Below, one piece after another: positions 6,943 through 15,612 of a stretch of DNA of 64,000 bases. Location of the stretch: the IMG/VR virus record IMGVR_UViG_3300045970_000794, positions 62,001 to 126,000 of that record. One strand, given 5' to 3'. Position 1 is the stretch's first letter, and each line of letters starts with the position of its first letter. The notes beneath the pieces are model-generated. The model ran no database searches. It was not told the origin of the DNA and saw nothing but the letters and a program-made list of their open reading frames with translations. A program made the translations under genes and the position numbers.

Positions 6943-7494
6943 TTATTGTTTTTTATAAATTCCAACAAATTTACCCGCTTGGAAGAATTCAAACCCATTA
7001 GGTATATTCTTTTTAAAAAGGTAACTATATAAATCCATTCTTCGATTACTTGATGGGGTTTCACCTTTACGAGAATTATATGTTGGCTCAGCGAAAATCA
7101 TTTGAAGTGGTATATCAGCATCATTTAATTTACCAAGAGCACTAGCGATAATACTCTTAACTGTATTCATAATCATAATTACGTCACCTTTATTTGACGT
7201 ATCAGCGAATAAACCTTCATCTTCTCTAAAACTAACATCTAAATAAGCACCATTTTCATCATGATTTAAATTAAGTTTTTTAAGTAATTCCATAAGTAAA
7301 TCTATTGATACTATGTCATTAGCAATTATAACTTCAATCTTATATTCACCATGTTTTTCATTTGGTACTCTGAATTTGTATAAGAAATTAATTAAATTAC
7401 CACGAATTACATTAACTGTTTGTATGAACGGTAAACCATCACCTTCACCAAACTCTTTTAATAATGCTTCCCTTAATTTAAGTTGTATATTCAT
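6943..7494 (-). CDS. hypothetical protein
   Basis: 183-aa ORF preceded by TATTTATA motif. Confidence 0.65.
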   Translation of the reverse strand: MNIQLKLREALLKEFGEGDGLPFIQTVNVIRGNLINFLYKFRVPNEKHGEYKIEVIIANDIVSIDLLMELLKKLNLNHDENGAYLDVSFREDEGLFADTSNKGDVIMIMNTVKSIIASALGKLNDADIPLQMIFAEPTYNSRKGETPSSNRRMDLYSYLFKKNIPNGFEFFQAGKFVGIYKKQ

Positions 7495-7506
7495 AAAATA
7501 ATTTTA

Positions 7507-8670
7507 TTATAAATATCTGGTGAACTTATCAAATTCAGCATGTTCGATTGCTCTACCCATGTCTGGACCTGGTTTTATTCCTTTATCTAACATTTCATCA
7601 CCAGTAACTGATAATTTAAACTGAACAAACGCCTCAATCATTTTCATATCCAATGCATTTAATTCAGCAAATCTTATTAACTCATTAGGCTCGATTTTAG
7701 AGACTATCTCAGCTTTTTTGTATCTGAATACCAATTCTGGTTTAAAGTTAAGCATACGCAATAAAAAGACTATTTTAGATACCTCTATCCAACTATATGT
7801 TAAAGCGTTTAATGCCTTTTGAACTTCTTCTAGATTATTTTTAATTAATAGTCCAGCAATTAATACAATTGGGTCCTTTTCTTCAATAACACCAGCCATA
7901 TTAACATTTAATTTACCAAATATCCATTTAAGTAAATCATATTGTCTGTACATACCAAATAAATGAGTAATTGATTTTGCTGATTTAAATGATTTCAAAA
8001 ATTCATCCCTAATTCTCTCTGGTGAAATACCTTCCAAGCTAGAATCATTTCTTAATGCCATATCAGTAGCTTCATCAAGATTAGAACCAAATCTAGCTGC
8101 GAAACGAATCGCTCTCATGATTCTAAGTCTATCTTCACCAAATCTATCCATTGGCTTACCTACAGTTCTAACAACTCCATTTTCAATATCTTTACGCCCT
8201 TTAACCAAATCAACGATTTCACCAGTTTTAAGGTCATAGAATAACGCATTAATAGTTAAGTCACGTCTTTTCACATCTTTATTTATGTTTGTGAAATTAA
8301 CTCCATCTGGCCTACGCCCAGAACCAACATCACTACGAAAAGTTGCAATCTCAAATTCATCATTAGCAGTAAACACATTAACAACACCAAAAGCTTTACC
8401 AGTTTCTAATATATTAGTAACAAATGGTTGTCCTTTAAGTGTAGCAATAACTTGGTCTGGTGTAGCATCAGTAGCAAGGTCAAAATCTTTAGGTTCTTTT
8501 CCTAATAACGCATCCCTAACTGAACCACCAACTAGGTAAAGGTCAAATCCTTTACTAGCCATAGCGTTTCTAATTAAAATGATGTCATTAGGTACTTGGA
8601 TGTGTGTTTTCTTCCTTTGTCCTAATAACCTTTGTTTTATTCTATTAAATACTGATTCTATAATTTCCAT
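7507..8670 (-). CDS. cca: CCA-adding enzyme / tRNA nucleotidyltransferase
   Basis: LVGGSVRD...KDFDLAT...RRDLTINALFYD...EDRLRIMRAIRFAARF; start MEII at 8670 lies just downstream of a TAnnTTTG promoter. Confidence 0.9.
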   Translation of the reverse strand: MEIIESVFNRIKQRLLGQRKKTHIQVPNDIILIRNAMASKGFDLYLVGGSVRDALLGKEPKDFDLATDATPDQVIATLKGQPFVTNILETGKAFGVVNVFTANDEFEIATFRSDVGSGRRPDGVNFTNINKDVKRRDLTINALFYDLKTGEIVDLVKGRKDIENGVVRTVGKPMDRFGEDRLRIMRAIRFAARFGSNLDEATDMALRNDSSLEGISPERIRDEFLKSFKSAKSITHLFGMYRQYDLLKWIFGKLNVNMAGVIEEKDPIVLIAGLLIKNNLEEVQKALNALTYSWIEVSKIVFLLRMLNFKPELVFRYKKAEIVSKIEPNELIRFAELNALDMKMIEAFVQFKLSVTGDEMLDKGIKPGPDMGRAIEHAEFDKFTRYL

Positions 8671-8713
8671 GATATTTTTTTTTGCAAAGATACTAATTAT
8701 AATATAAATATCC

Positions 8714-8744
8714 AAAAAAAATGGCGAGAAAATTTCCCCGCCAT
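8714..8744 (-). terminator. intrinsic terminator ending the amber-tRNA/pth operon
   Basis: ATGGCG...CGCCAT hairpin plus T run. Confidence 0.6.
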
Positions 8745-8748
8745 CATT

Positions 8749-9198
8749 TTAATGATAAAATAATCCTTTTTTCACTTTAAGTATTATTCTAGCCTCCTCT
8801 ATTTGAACTTTAAGTCGTTTATATTCGGCTCTAAGTTTAATGAGCTCTTGTTCTTGGTGACTTGGTTTGATTTTAATCGTCACACCAGTGATTACACCAA
8901 TTTTAATCATTACATGGAAGAATAAATTGATTGACCTAAGGCTTTTACGTTCTAATGAAATATAAATGCGTTTAGCCATTTTTTTCTTACCGTTTTTACT
9001 CATATTATTTAATATATCACTATTAATAGGGATTGATGCAAGGTTTGCGATATTTGATTCTTCACCATTAATCATTACTACATAGTTATTTTCTTTAATA
9101 ATATCAATAATATGATATAATGCATTATCAAATGCATTCATTAAGTCTTTAGTGTTTCTATAACCTAATACTTCTTTGTTTGTTACTATAGTTTCCAT
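8749..9198 (-). CDS. hypothetical protein (downstream of TAG-containing leader ORF)
   Basis: 149-aa ORF with C-terminal coiled coil. Confidence 0.65.
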   Translation of the reverse strand: METIVTNKEVLGYRNTKDLMNAFDNALYHIIDIIKENNYVVMINGEESNIANLASIPINSDILNNMSKNGKKKMAKRIYISLERKSLRSINLFFHVMIKIGVITGVTIKIKPSHQEQELIKLRAEYKRLKVQIEEARIILKVKKGLFYH

Positions 9199-9275
9199 AA
9201 TTTAAATTTTTTATTTGTTTTTATTTTATTTTACCATGATTTTAACGTATCATGATTTGACGTTATTTTCCCGAG

Positions 9276-9326
9276 TTATAATATGGAAACTGTGGGACAT
9301 CTGATTTTAATCTATAAATCTTTCAT
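9276..9326 (-). CDS. mini leader ORF with in-frame amber: MKDL*IKIRCPTVSIL
   Basis: ATG AAA GAT TTA TAG ATT AAA ATC AGA...TAA, preceded by an A-rich initiation region. Confidence 0.6.
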
Positions 9327-9336
9327 AACTTTAATT

Positions 9337-9690
9337 TTAAATTATTTTATTATTGTATAATTTTAATGCTAATGGTAAACTGCTGCATAGTTTATCGGAA
9401 CCTTCACAAGGTTCTAAGGCAATAGCAGTTATCTCGTAACCAAGGTCTGGCTCGATGAATGTAGAATATTTAATGTTGCGATTTTCGGCTTTGGAAAGTA
9501 ATTCTTTGAGGTGTTCCTCATTACGTGCCGATAAATAAACGAGATATTTGGAATCTCGGTGCCAAATTTTGGCAACTTCTGAATGGTCATGCTGAAATTG
9601 AACGGCAGCGTGTCCCGCTTGAACTGCTTGATAGCTAGGTTCTAAATCGTCTCTGACAATTACATACATTTTTCTGTTAATCTACGTCAT
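9337..9690 (-). CDS. Pth2-like peptidyl-tRNA hydrolase with in-frame TAG at codon 3
   Basis: MT*INRKMYVIVRDDL...QAVQAGHAA...F.EPDLG..ITAIA (PTH2 motifs); upstream ATG ACG TAG ATT is in frame. Confidence 0.8.
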
Positions 9691-9732
9691 AATTTTAATT
9701 TTTAAGTTAAACAATTTTATTTATAATTTTTG

Positions 9733-9807
9733 AGACTCTAGTTGGATTCGAACCCACGCTGACGGGTTTAGAAGCCGCCGCTTTAGACCAAGCTAAGCTA
9801 TAGAGCC
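9733..9807 (-). tRNA. amber suppressor tRNA (CTA anticodon)
   Basis: GGCTCTA/TAGAGTC, D stem GCTT/AAGC, GCGGC-TTCTAAA-CCCGT, U73. Confidence 0.75.
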
Positions 9808-9820
9808 ATTTAATTTAATG

Positions 9821-9852
9821 CAAAGATAATACAAATAATTTAAATGTCCAAA
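9821..9852 (-). promoter_or_regulatory. Bacteroidota sigma70-type promoter
   Basis: TTTG-N20-TATCTTTG; similar motifs near 665-700, 8684-8716, 17892-17926, 22390-22422, 28214-28246, 29049-29082. Confidence 0.75.
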
Positions 9853-10141
9853 TATTTTTGCAGTTTTTTTAAAAAAAATCATAATAGTCTGATTATTAAT
9901 TAATAAAAAACGCTAAAATAATATAAACAAATATTAATGTATAAAGTAAAGCAGCATTTAAAAACCTATTTAAGGTTCCATAAATGCCACTTGACTTATC
10001 ATCACCACCATTAAACAACTTAAAGTTAAAAAATTGATGTGGTTTTACTATTAATGATATTATCGATTTCAATACAAACATTAAATTATTTTTTTATAAT
10101 AAATATCATCAAAATCAATAATATACAAAATAATTTATTAA

Positions 10142-10667
10142 CTACCTGTTTAAAATTTTACCAAAGCGAATTACTTTTTCTATGAATTCTTCCTCTGTAC
10201 CATTATTATCAATGATTACATCAGCACAAGATATGCCAATATTAAATGAATCAGCTGACTCTTGTTCTAATCTTTTAGATGCATCAACCCAAACAATTAA
10301 ATCAAATAACCCTTGTTTCATACATTCTTCAATTTCACCCCTATCTCTCATACCAACATAACAGTCGGCTAATTCAAGAATTCCTTTAGCTAATCTAGCT
10401 CGGTCATCTTTATTATAATCACAAATCACAAATCATATTATACCATTCAGCTCTATGATTTGACCTATCTTCGTAACATTCCTCAGATGTCTTATAATCA
10501 TACTTTTCACTTAATTCATCATAAATGAATATATCAGCAGCTGCTTGTGATGATGAGATAAACTTTAAACCAAAATTATCTCTTAAAATTTCAGCAAACG
10601 TATCTTTACCATGTCTGGCATTTCCAAGGACTAACAGCCTTGGGAACTTACTTTTTCTTGTCTTCAT
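10142..10667 (-). pseudogene. P-loop nucleotide (dNMP-type) kinase split by a 7-bp tandem duplication
   Basis: GNARHGKDT P-loop; ATTTGTG repeated near 10420-10434 separates the 82-aa and 95-aa ORFs, both containing ICD. Confidence 0.75.
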
Positions 10668-11424
10668 AAAAATCTATTTTAAATGTTTTTTTAATTAATT
10701 TATTGTTTTTAATTGCAAATACTATTGAACTTTGAGATACTCCTATGACTCTAGCAGCTTCAGCTCCAGATTCTAAAATAGTAATTTCATTTGTTATAAT
10801 GTTTTTAATCGTAACTTTTTTACTACGTAAACTAATTTGACCAATTTTAAAAGAGTTAGAATTAGATTTAAAATTTTTAGTAAAACGAGCCTCAACTAAC
10901 TCTTTAATATCGGAATTTTTTATTTCATCATGATAAAACCAAGCAATATTTTTAACTGTTTTACAATTACCAAGGCAACATTTTGGAATTACACTTCGAT
11001 GTGTTTTTAATTCTCTAGATGCATCTTCAGCACTATTAAATTCATAAACAATAACACCTTCTTTATTATAACCAATCACACTTTTAGCATTATTACCTTT
11101 CTTGAAACTAGTGTTGTTACCAAATGTACAACCATCACCACCTAATGTATTATTAACTAAATCAAATCCCCATAATTTCATTTGACTAATCCAATATTTT
11201 TCCCAAAAAACCCATTCATCTATCGGTACTACATCAATCACCCATAAAATTGGTTTTAACTCTTCATTTCTTAATGAATTAATCCAATTTCGTTTATGTG
11301 TTTGATGGTCTCTAGCTCTATTCAAATGAGCTTTATATCTTTGTGTTATATTATTCGCTTTACCAACATATCTTACATGACCAGTCCTAGGGTCAATAAG
11401 AACATAAATATTTGTCGTTTCCAT
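10648..11424 (-). CDS. GIY-YIG homing endonuclease with NUMOD1-like repeats
   Basis: NIYVLIDP...YVGKA...E.YWI...L.N; C-terminal AEAARVIGV repeats. Confidence 0.85.
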   Translation of the reverse strand: METTNIYVLIDPRTGHVRYVGKANNITQRYKAHLNRARDHQTHKRNWINSLRNEELKPILWVIDVVPIDEWVFWEKYWISQMKLWGFDLVNNTLGGDGCTFGNNTSFKKGNNAKSVIGYNKEGVIVYEFNSAEDASRELKTHRSVIPKCCLGNCKTVKNIAWFYHDEIKNSDIKELVEARFTKNFKSNSNSFKIGQISLRSKKVTIKNIITNEITILESGAEAARVIGVSQSSIVFAIKNNKLIKKTFKIDFYEDKKK

Positions 11425-11458
11425 ATTAATACATTTCTATATAAATATGGTGAAATCT

Positions 11459-11533
11459 TTAAAAAGTTACAAGCCCATGTCTTCCCGAACCAATGATAAG
11501 TAATTTAGGGAATTGTTTCTTTTCATTAACCAT
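11459..11533 (-). pseudogene. orphan N-terminus of the kinase gene (MVNEKKQFPKLLIIGSGRHG)
   Basis: Manual translation; parallels MKTRKSKFPRLLVLGNARHG downstream of the endonuclease. Confidence 0.75.
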
Positions 11534-11555
11534 TTTAATAATATTTTATTTAATT

Positions 11556-11990
11556 TTATAATCCTTGACTGCAAATACCGTAATTATACTCCAAATGAAC
11601 AGTATTATCGTCATATTGAACAGCTTTAATGTATGGTGACTCATATCCATGGCTCCTAGAATCAAAATACTCGTAATGATGCATAATATCAGATTGAATT
11701 ATCACTTGTTTTCTATTCTTAGCTAATTTACCAGATTTGGTTAATATGATATTATCATAAATCAATTGGTTGATGTCAGTATCTAAATTCATGATTTTTT
11801 CAATAAATTCAGTTTTATATCGATTAAATTCAGCTTCATTTGAAGTGAATCCTTCATCACCACCGTATTCGTTAACATCTTGGGAGTGTTTGAAGTTTTC
11901 TTCATCCCATTCTAATTGATTAACTTTATTTACTAGGGCTTCAATATCATATATAATATCTAAACCATTAATTTTAATATTTTTTTCCAT
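11556..11990 (-). CDS. hypothetical protein
   Basis: 144-aa ORF. Confidence 0.6.
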   Translation of the reverse strand: MEKNIKINGLDIIYDIEALVNKVNQLEWDEENFKHSQDVNEYGGDEGFTSNEAEFNRYKTEFIEKIMNLDTDINQLIYDNIILTKSGKLAKNRKQVIIQSDIMHHYEYFDSRSHGYESPYIKAVQYDDNTVHLEYNYGICSQGL

Positions 11991-11992
11991 AA

Positions 11993-12493
11993 TTACTTTA
12001 ATAATATTGTTATATACCCAATTGGTTCGGTACTATCATCTAAAACTTCAAAATTTGTAATTTCTTTAGTACTTTTAATTGAAAGTCTGGTTGGTATATA
12101 CCGATTAGAATCACATTCAAAACACCATTCAACTTCACAAGCAATTACTACTTCATGTACTTTACCACCAATTTTAAAGTAATCAATTGTTTCAGCACCA
12201 TCTTTATTTAATTTCTCATCACCAAACATATCATAATAACCACAAGTAAAGGCATGTGATTTTAATTGTGTAGTAATAAATTCTTCCACAGTATTAAAGA
12301 CTGGTTGAGGGCACATGACTTCTTTTGTGTTTTTATTAATTTCTTCGGCTTGCTTTTCAGCTTCTTTTTCAATACCATCAAAAATATCTAGAGTTTCAAT
12401 GAATTCATTAAATGGGCATTCAATTTTTTTATCATTGAATGCTTTTTCAATCACTTCAATACTGTATTTCTTCATAATAATTTCATTAGACAC
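11993..12493 (-). CDS. hypothetical protein
   Basis: 166-aa ORF. Confidence 0.6.
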   Translation of the reverse strand: MSNEIIMKKYSIEVIEKAFNDKKIECPFNEFIETLDIFDGIEKEAEKQAEEINKNTKEVMCPQPVFNTVEEFITTQLKSHAFTCGYYDMFGDEKLNKDGAETIDYFKIGGKVHEVVIACEVEWCFECDSNRYIPTRLSIKSTKEITNFEVLDDSTEPIGYITILLK

Positions 12494-12525
12494 AAATATA
12501 CTATAAAATTATGATAGATGCCATA

Positions 12526-13201
12526 TTATTTTAATAATTCTATCTTACCTTTTAAGATTTCTTTTAGACTCACTCTTTTACCAGTTATATGGTCAATAAC
12601 AGTATCATCTTTAACTCTATATGTTCTTCGTTTATCACCACGACACCCATTACCGATTTGTTCTCTTCTCTCATCAATTTCTTCTTCAATAACACCAGTT
12701 TGATAGAATTTATTAACCCGCTTAGTTAATTCACTTAATGCTTCTTCCCTATTTTTATGCTGGTCACGACCATCACGCACTACTTTAATACCAGTAGCAT
12801 AATGAGTCATTACAACGCATGAATCAGTAGTGTTGCGGTGCTGACCACCTTTACCACTACCTCTAATAGTTTCAATACGAATCTCAGATGGGTGTATTTC
12901 AACCATCTTATATTCATTTTTTTCTAAAATTGCTACAGTTATTGAACTTGTGTGAACTCTACCACGTTTTTCTGTTGGTGAAACTCTTTGCCATAAATGG
13001 GTGCCCGATTCTGAATTGAAAAAATCGGAGGCTTCTGGTGAGCTAAAGGCAGAAAACTATATTACTAGGTGTCTCACTTAATAATTCATATCTAAAATCG
13101 TTACGATTACACGCTTTCACGTATATTTTATATAACTCCCTAACTAATAATTTTGAATCTTCACCACCCTCGGCAGCTCTAATTTCAACTGTTGTTTTCA
13201 T
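12526..13201 (-). CDS. class I peptide chain release factor (about 224 aa) requiring a +1 frameshift at CTT-TAG-C
   Basis: Frame 0: [19 protein letters not shown]...VFCL*; +1 frame: [34 protein letters not shown]...GSGKGGQH, joining ORF 12526-12906. Confidence 0.85.
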
Positions 13202-13937
13202 AATATTTATTTTTATTTAAATTTCCAATATATTCTATACCGTTTATTATTCTTGTTGTAGCCCATAACGGACGTAAATTATTCAACGCATTTACAACAC
13301 TAGGCGGTGAATCAATTGGGAATGACGATATTGGTTTAATATGGTCAACATGCCATTCACCATGATTATCCCACGACATCCCTTCAGTAAATAGTGATTC
13401 AATATGATGTTTAAATTGGGTTGCAGAATACCCTAACAAGTCAATAGTATGACCTTCTTTAGACTTACCTAATCGTTTAAGTGTGAAGTATAATAAATCA
13501 CCCCAAATTTTACGATATGGGTGATTTTTCCTGTATTTTTGTCTATTTTCATCAATCTTACTTTTATTTAATTTTCGGTATTCTTTATCATAAGCTCGTT
13601 TCTTATCTCGATTTTCTTTAGCGTAAAGTCTATCTTTCTCTCTAACATCATCAACATTATCTAACCGATATTGTTTTTGATAATCATTTCGCTTATCCTT
13701 ATTAACTTCCCGATATTCTTTAAAATAAATATCTAACTTATCTTTATTCTTATCTCTATACTCACTGTCTTGTTTACGTTTAGAATCTAAATATGTTTCA
13801 GAATAAACAACAACATCGAAAATTTCTTCTCTCAATTTTTTTATTGTTAACCCATGTTTTTTCAAATGACTACTACTTAAATATAATAATTCGTTATCAC
13901 AAATAGGACAGACAATATAATCAACATTTTTTACCAT
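13185..13937 (-). CDS. HNH endonuclease
   Basis: FKHHIESLFTEGMSWDNHGEWHVDHIKP...NALNNLRPLW. Confidence 0.85.
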   Translation of the reverse strand: MVKNVDYIVCPICDNELLYLSSSHLKKHGLTIKKLREEIFDVVVYSETYLDSKRKQDSEYRDKNKDKLDIYFKEYREVNKDKRNDYQKQYRLDNVDDVREKDRLYAKENRDKKRAYDKEYRKLNKSKIDENRQKYRKNHPYRKIWGDLLYFTLKRLGKSKEGHTIDLLGYSATQFKHHIESLFTEGMSWDNHGEWHVDHIKPISSFPIDSPPSVVNALNNLRPLWATTRIINGIEYIGNLNKNKYYENNS

Positions 13938-13998
13938 AATTATAAATATAATGAAAAATTAAAAAACATCAATAGTAGCGAGTATTTATTTTAAAAAT

Positions 13999-14026
13999 AA
14001 AAAAAAAGGAATCCGAAGATTCCTTT
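13999..14026 (-). terminator. terminator of RNA operon 2
   Basis: AAGGAATC-ttcg-GATTCCTT plus T run. Confidence 0.8.
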
Positions 14027-14036
14027 GTAAAATGGA

Positions 14037-14089
14037 CAGGTTAGCTTTTTTTTTCTAATAAAGAGCGTTTTAATTGCTGAATGTAACCT
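14037..14089 (-). ncRNA. stem-GCAA family small RNA
   Basis: AGGTTA-CATTCAGCAA...TAACCTG. Confidence 0.6.
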
Positions 14090-14097
14090 TTACCTTG

Positions 14098-14162
14098 TAG
14101 AGGTGGATGGATATGAACCGCCAACCTGTCTTACGACCGCTCTGGACTTGAGCTACACCTCT
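14098..14162 (-). ncRNA. anticodon-less tRNA-like RNA
   Basis: AGAGGTG/CACCTCT, D arm, GTC-GTAA-GAC in place of the anticodon arm, T-like arm. Confidence 0.7.
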
Positions 14163-14173
14163 AATTGAATTGT

Positions 14174-14286
14174 TGGTGTGAAAACCTATTTCGTTCTGGT
14201 TTTTCTTTTACCCGTCATTACATCGGGACACAAATTACGTCCGTAATCGGAGACTATCCACGATTATGTTACCATAACCTTTTCAC
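14174..14286 (-). ncRNA. structured RNA closed by a 7-bp acceptor-like stem with encoded ACCA
   Basis: GTGAAAA/TTTTCAC-A-CCA; no canonical T loop. Confidence 0.4.
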
Positions 14287-14346
14287 AATTTTAACCTTGG
14301 CCTTCGGTTTCCATCGAGATTTAGATGTTTCGTAATCAACAATTTG

Positions 14347-14423
14347 TAGCGGGTCATGGGAGTCGAACCCAGTATCTCTGAGGTTATGAGCCTCGAATGA
14401 TTATTCCGTTTCACTCACCCGCA
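14347..14423 (-). tRNA. tRNA-Met(CAT), initiator-like
   Basis: 1:72 mismatch, GAGG-CTCATAA-CCTC. Confidence 0.8.
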
Positions 14424-14429
14424 ATATCG

Positions 14430-14502
14430 TGGGAAAGAAAGGAGTCGCACCTTAACTTGTATCAACCTCAGATTGTTACCAACCCTACTATACAACTTTC
14501 CC
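14430..14502 (-). ncRNA. anticodon-less tRNA-like RNA
   Basis: GGGAAAG/CTTTCCC-A, GTAT/ATAC stem with expanded loop, AAGG-TGCGACT-CCTT. Confidence 0.6.
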
Positions 14503-14515
14503 AATTTTTTTTTTG

Positions 14516-14587
14516 TAGCGGGAGTAGGACTCGAACCTACGACCTACGGGTTATGAGCCCGCCGAGCTACCACTGCTCCACCCCGCA
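14516..14587 (-). tRNA. tRNA-fMet(CAT)
   Basis: 1:72 mismatch, GCGGG-CTCATAA-CCCGT. Confidence 0.9.
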
Positions 14588-14621
14588 ATATATTTTTAGT
14601 TTAGCTATTTTCAAAAAAAGT

Positions 14622-14694
14622 GTTAAGACGGCTGGATTTGAACACAGCAACTCGGGATTTAGTCCACGCAAGATACTATTTCTATACATCTTAA
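14622..14694 (-). pseudogene. degenerate tRNA-like sequence
   Basis: TTAAGAT/GTCTTAA acceptor and GTTCAAATC T loop; aberrant anticodon loop GGA-CTAAA-TCC. Confidence 0.5.
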
Positions 14695-14726
14695 CACATA
14701 TATAAATATGCGCTAAATTGAAAAAG

Positions 14727-14798
14727 TACTCGATAGGAGAATCGAACTCCTATTTAAAGCTTGAAAAGCTTCCGTCCTAACCGTTAGACGAATCGAGC
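14727..14798 (-). tRNA. tRNA-Glu(TTC)
   Basis: Standard cloverleaf, loop TTTTCAA. Confidence 0.9.
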
Positions 14799-14806
14799 AT
14801 ATGACA

Positions 14807-14866
14807 CAGGAAAACTTTGTTTTCAAATTTTCAGATTTTGATTTTTAAGTTTGCTGAATGTTTCCT
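14807..14866 (-). ncRNA. stem-GCAA family small RNA
   Basis: AGGAAAC-ATTCAGCAA...GTTTTCCTG. Confidence 0.6.
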
Positions 14867-14882
14867 TTAGTCACTTTGTAAA

Positions 14883-14950
14883 CAGGCTAGTTACTTTAAC
14901 ACTACTGAATTTTAAATTTAGTTTGTTTTTAGTTTTGCTGAACCTAACCT
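14883..14950 (-). ncRNA. stem-GCAA family small RNA
   Basis: AGGTTAG-GTTCAGCAA...AACTAGCCTG. Confidence 0.6.
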
Positions 14951-14958
14951 TAATCCCG

Positions 14959-15051
14959 TGGCCCCCGCTGGATTTGAACCAGCACCTATCTTGCGATATG
15001 CTCTCGAATCATTTCTATAAATAGAAGTTATTCTCCTTGAGCTAGGTGACC
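14959..15051 (-). ncRNA. anticodon-less tRNA-like RNA with expanded D loop
   Basis: GGTCACC/GGGGGCC, GCTC/GAGC, TATC-GCAA-GATA, GCTGG-TTCAAAT-CCAGC. Confidence 0.7.
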
Positions 15052-15396
15052 GTGATTTTAGGGATTTTACTTATCTTACGATAGCTGTATCCATTACTGG
15101 TAACTTCATCCCTAAAATTGTGCTTCGAATTCAGTTTGACTGTAGTTCACTAGCTACCACTCATTTTATTGAGCTCACTATGAACAATTCGAAGTGTTTG
15201 TTTGTCTGGGAATCGGCACCCAGAATAGCCTACTATTCACATTTTTATTTTAACAACCCTAAGATGATTCCTTATCGGATAAGCTGGATTCTCAAATCCG
15301 ACAGTAAGGTTGCGTTAGCTAACCAATTATCATTACATTATTGCCGCTCACCATAACGGGTGAACCATAACTACATCTGCTAGACCAAACAATTTG

Positions 15397-15494
15397 TGCC
15401 CGATGGAGGACTCGCACGCTCCACTCTATCTTTCGATATACTCTAGTATCCATTATTATTATAATATGGTAGTACCACTTTAAGTTAATCGGGC
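15397..15494 (-). ncRNA. anticodon-less tRNA-like RNA with expanded D loop
   Basis: GCCCGAT/ATCGGGC, ACTT/GAGT, TATC-GAAA-GATA, GTGCGAG T-loop variant. Confidence 0.7.
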
Positions 15495-15508
15495 TTATTC
15501 AATATTTG

Positions 15509-15612
15509 TGGAGTCCGCTGGAATTGAACCAGCACTGCAATTTCTTGGCGTGCTTGAATTAATAGATTAGCTAAAAGCTTCTCATGAGTATTCTCCCTTA
15601 CACTAGGACCCC
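15509..15612 (-). ncRNA. anticodon-less tRNA-like RNA with G3:U70 acceptor
   Basis: GGGGTCC/GGACTCC-A, GTGT/GCAC, GCTGG-TTCAATT-CCAGC. Confidence 0.7.

Noticed and set aside
9733-9807. Reading the tRNA as Arg(TCT)
   Set aside because: A TCT-centred loop breaks the anticodon stem, whereas the CTA-centred loop gives four pairs and correct spacing from the D arm
14622-14694. Pyrrolysine tRNA (TGGACT..AAATCC resemblance)
   Set aside because: The loop lacks two nucleotides needed for CUCUAAA, and no pyl genes are in the window
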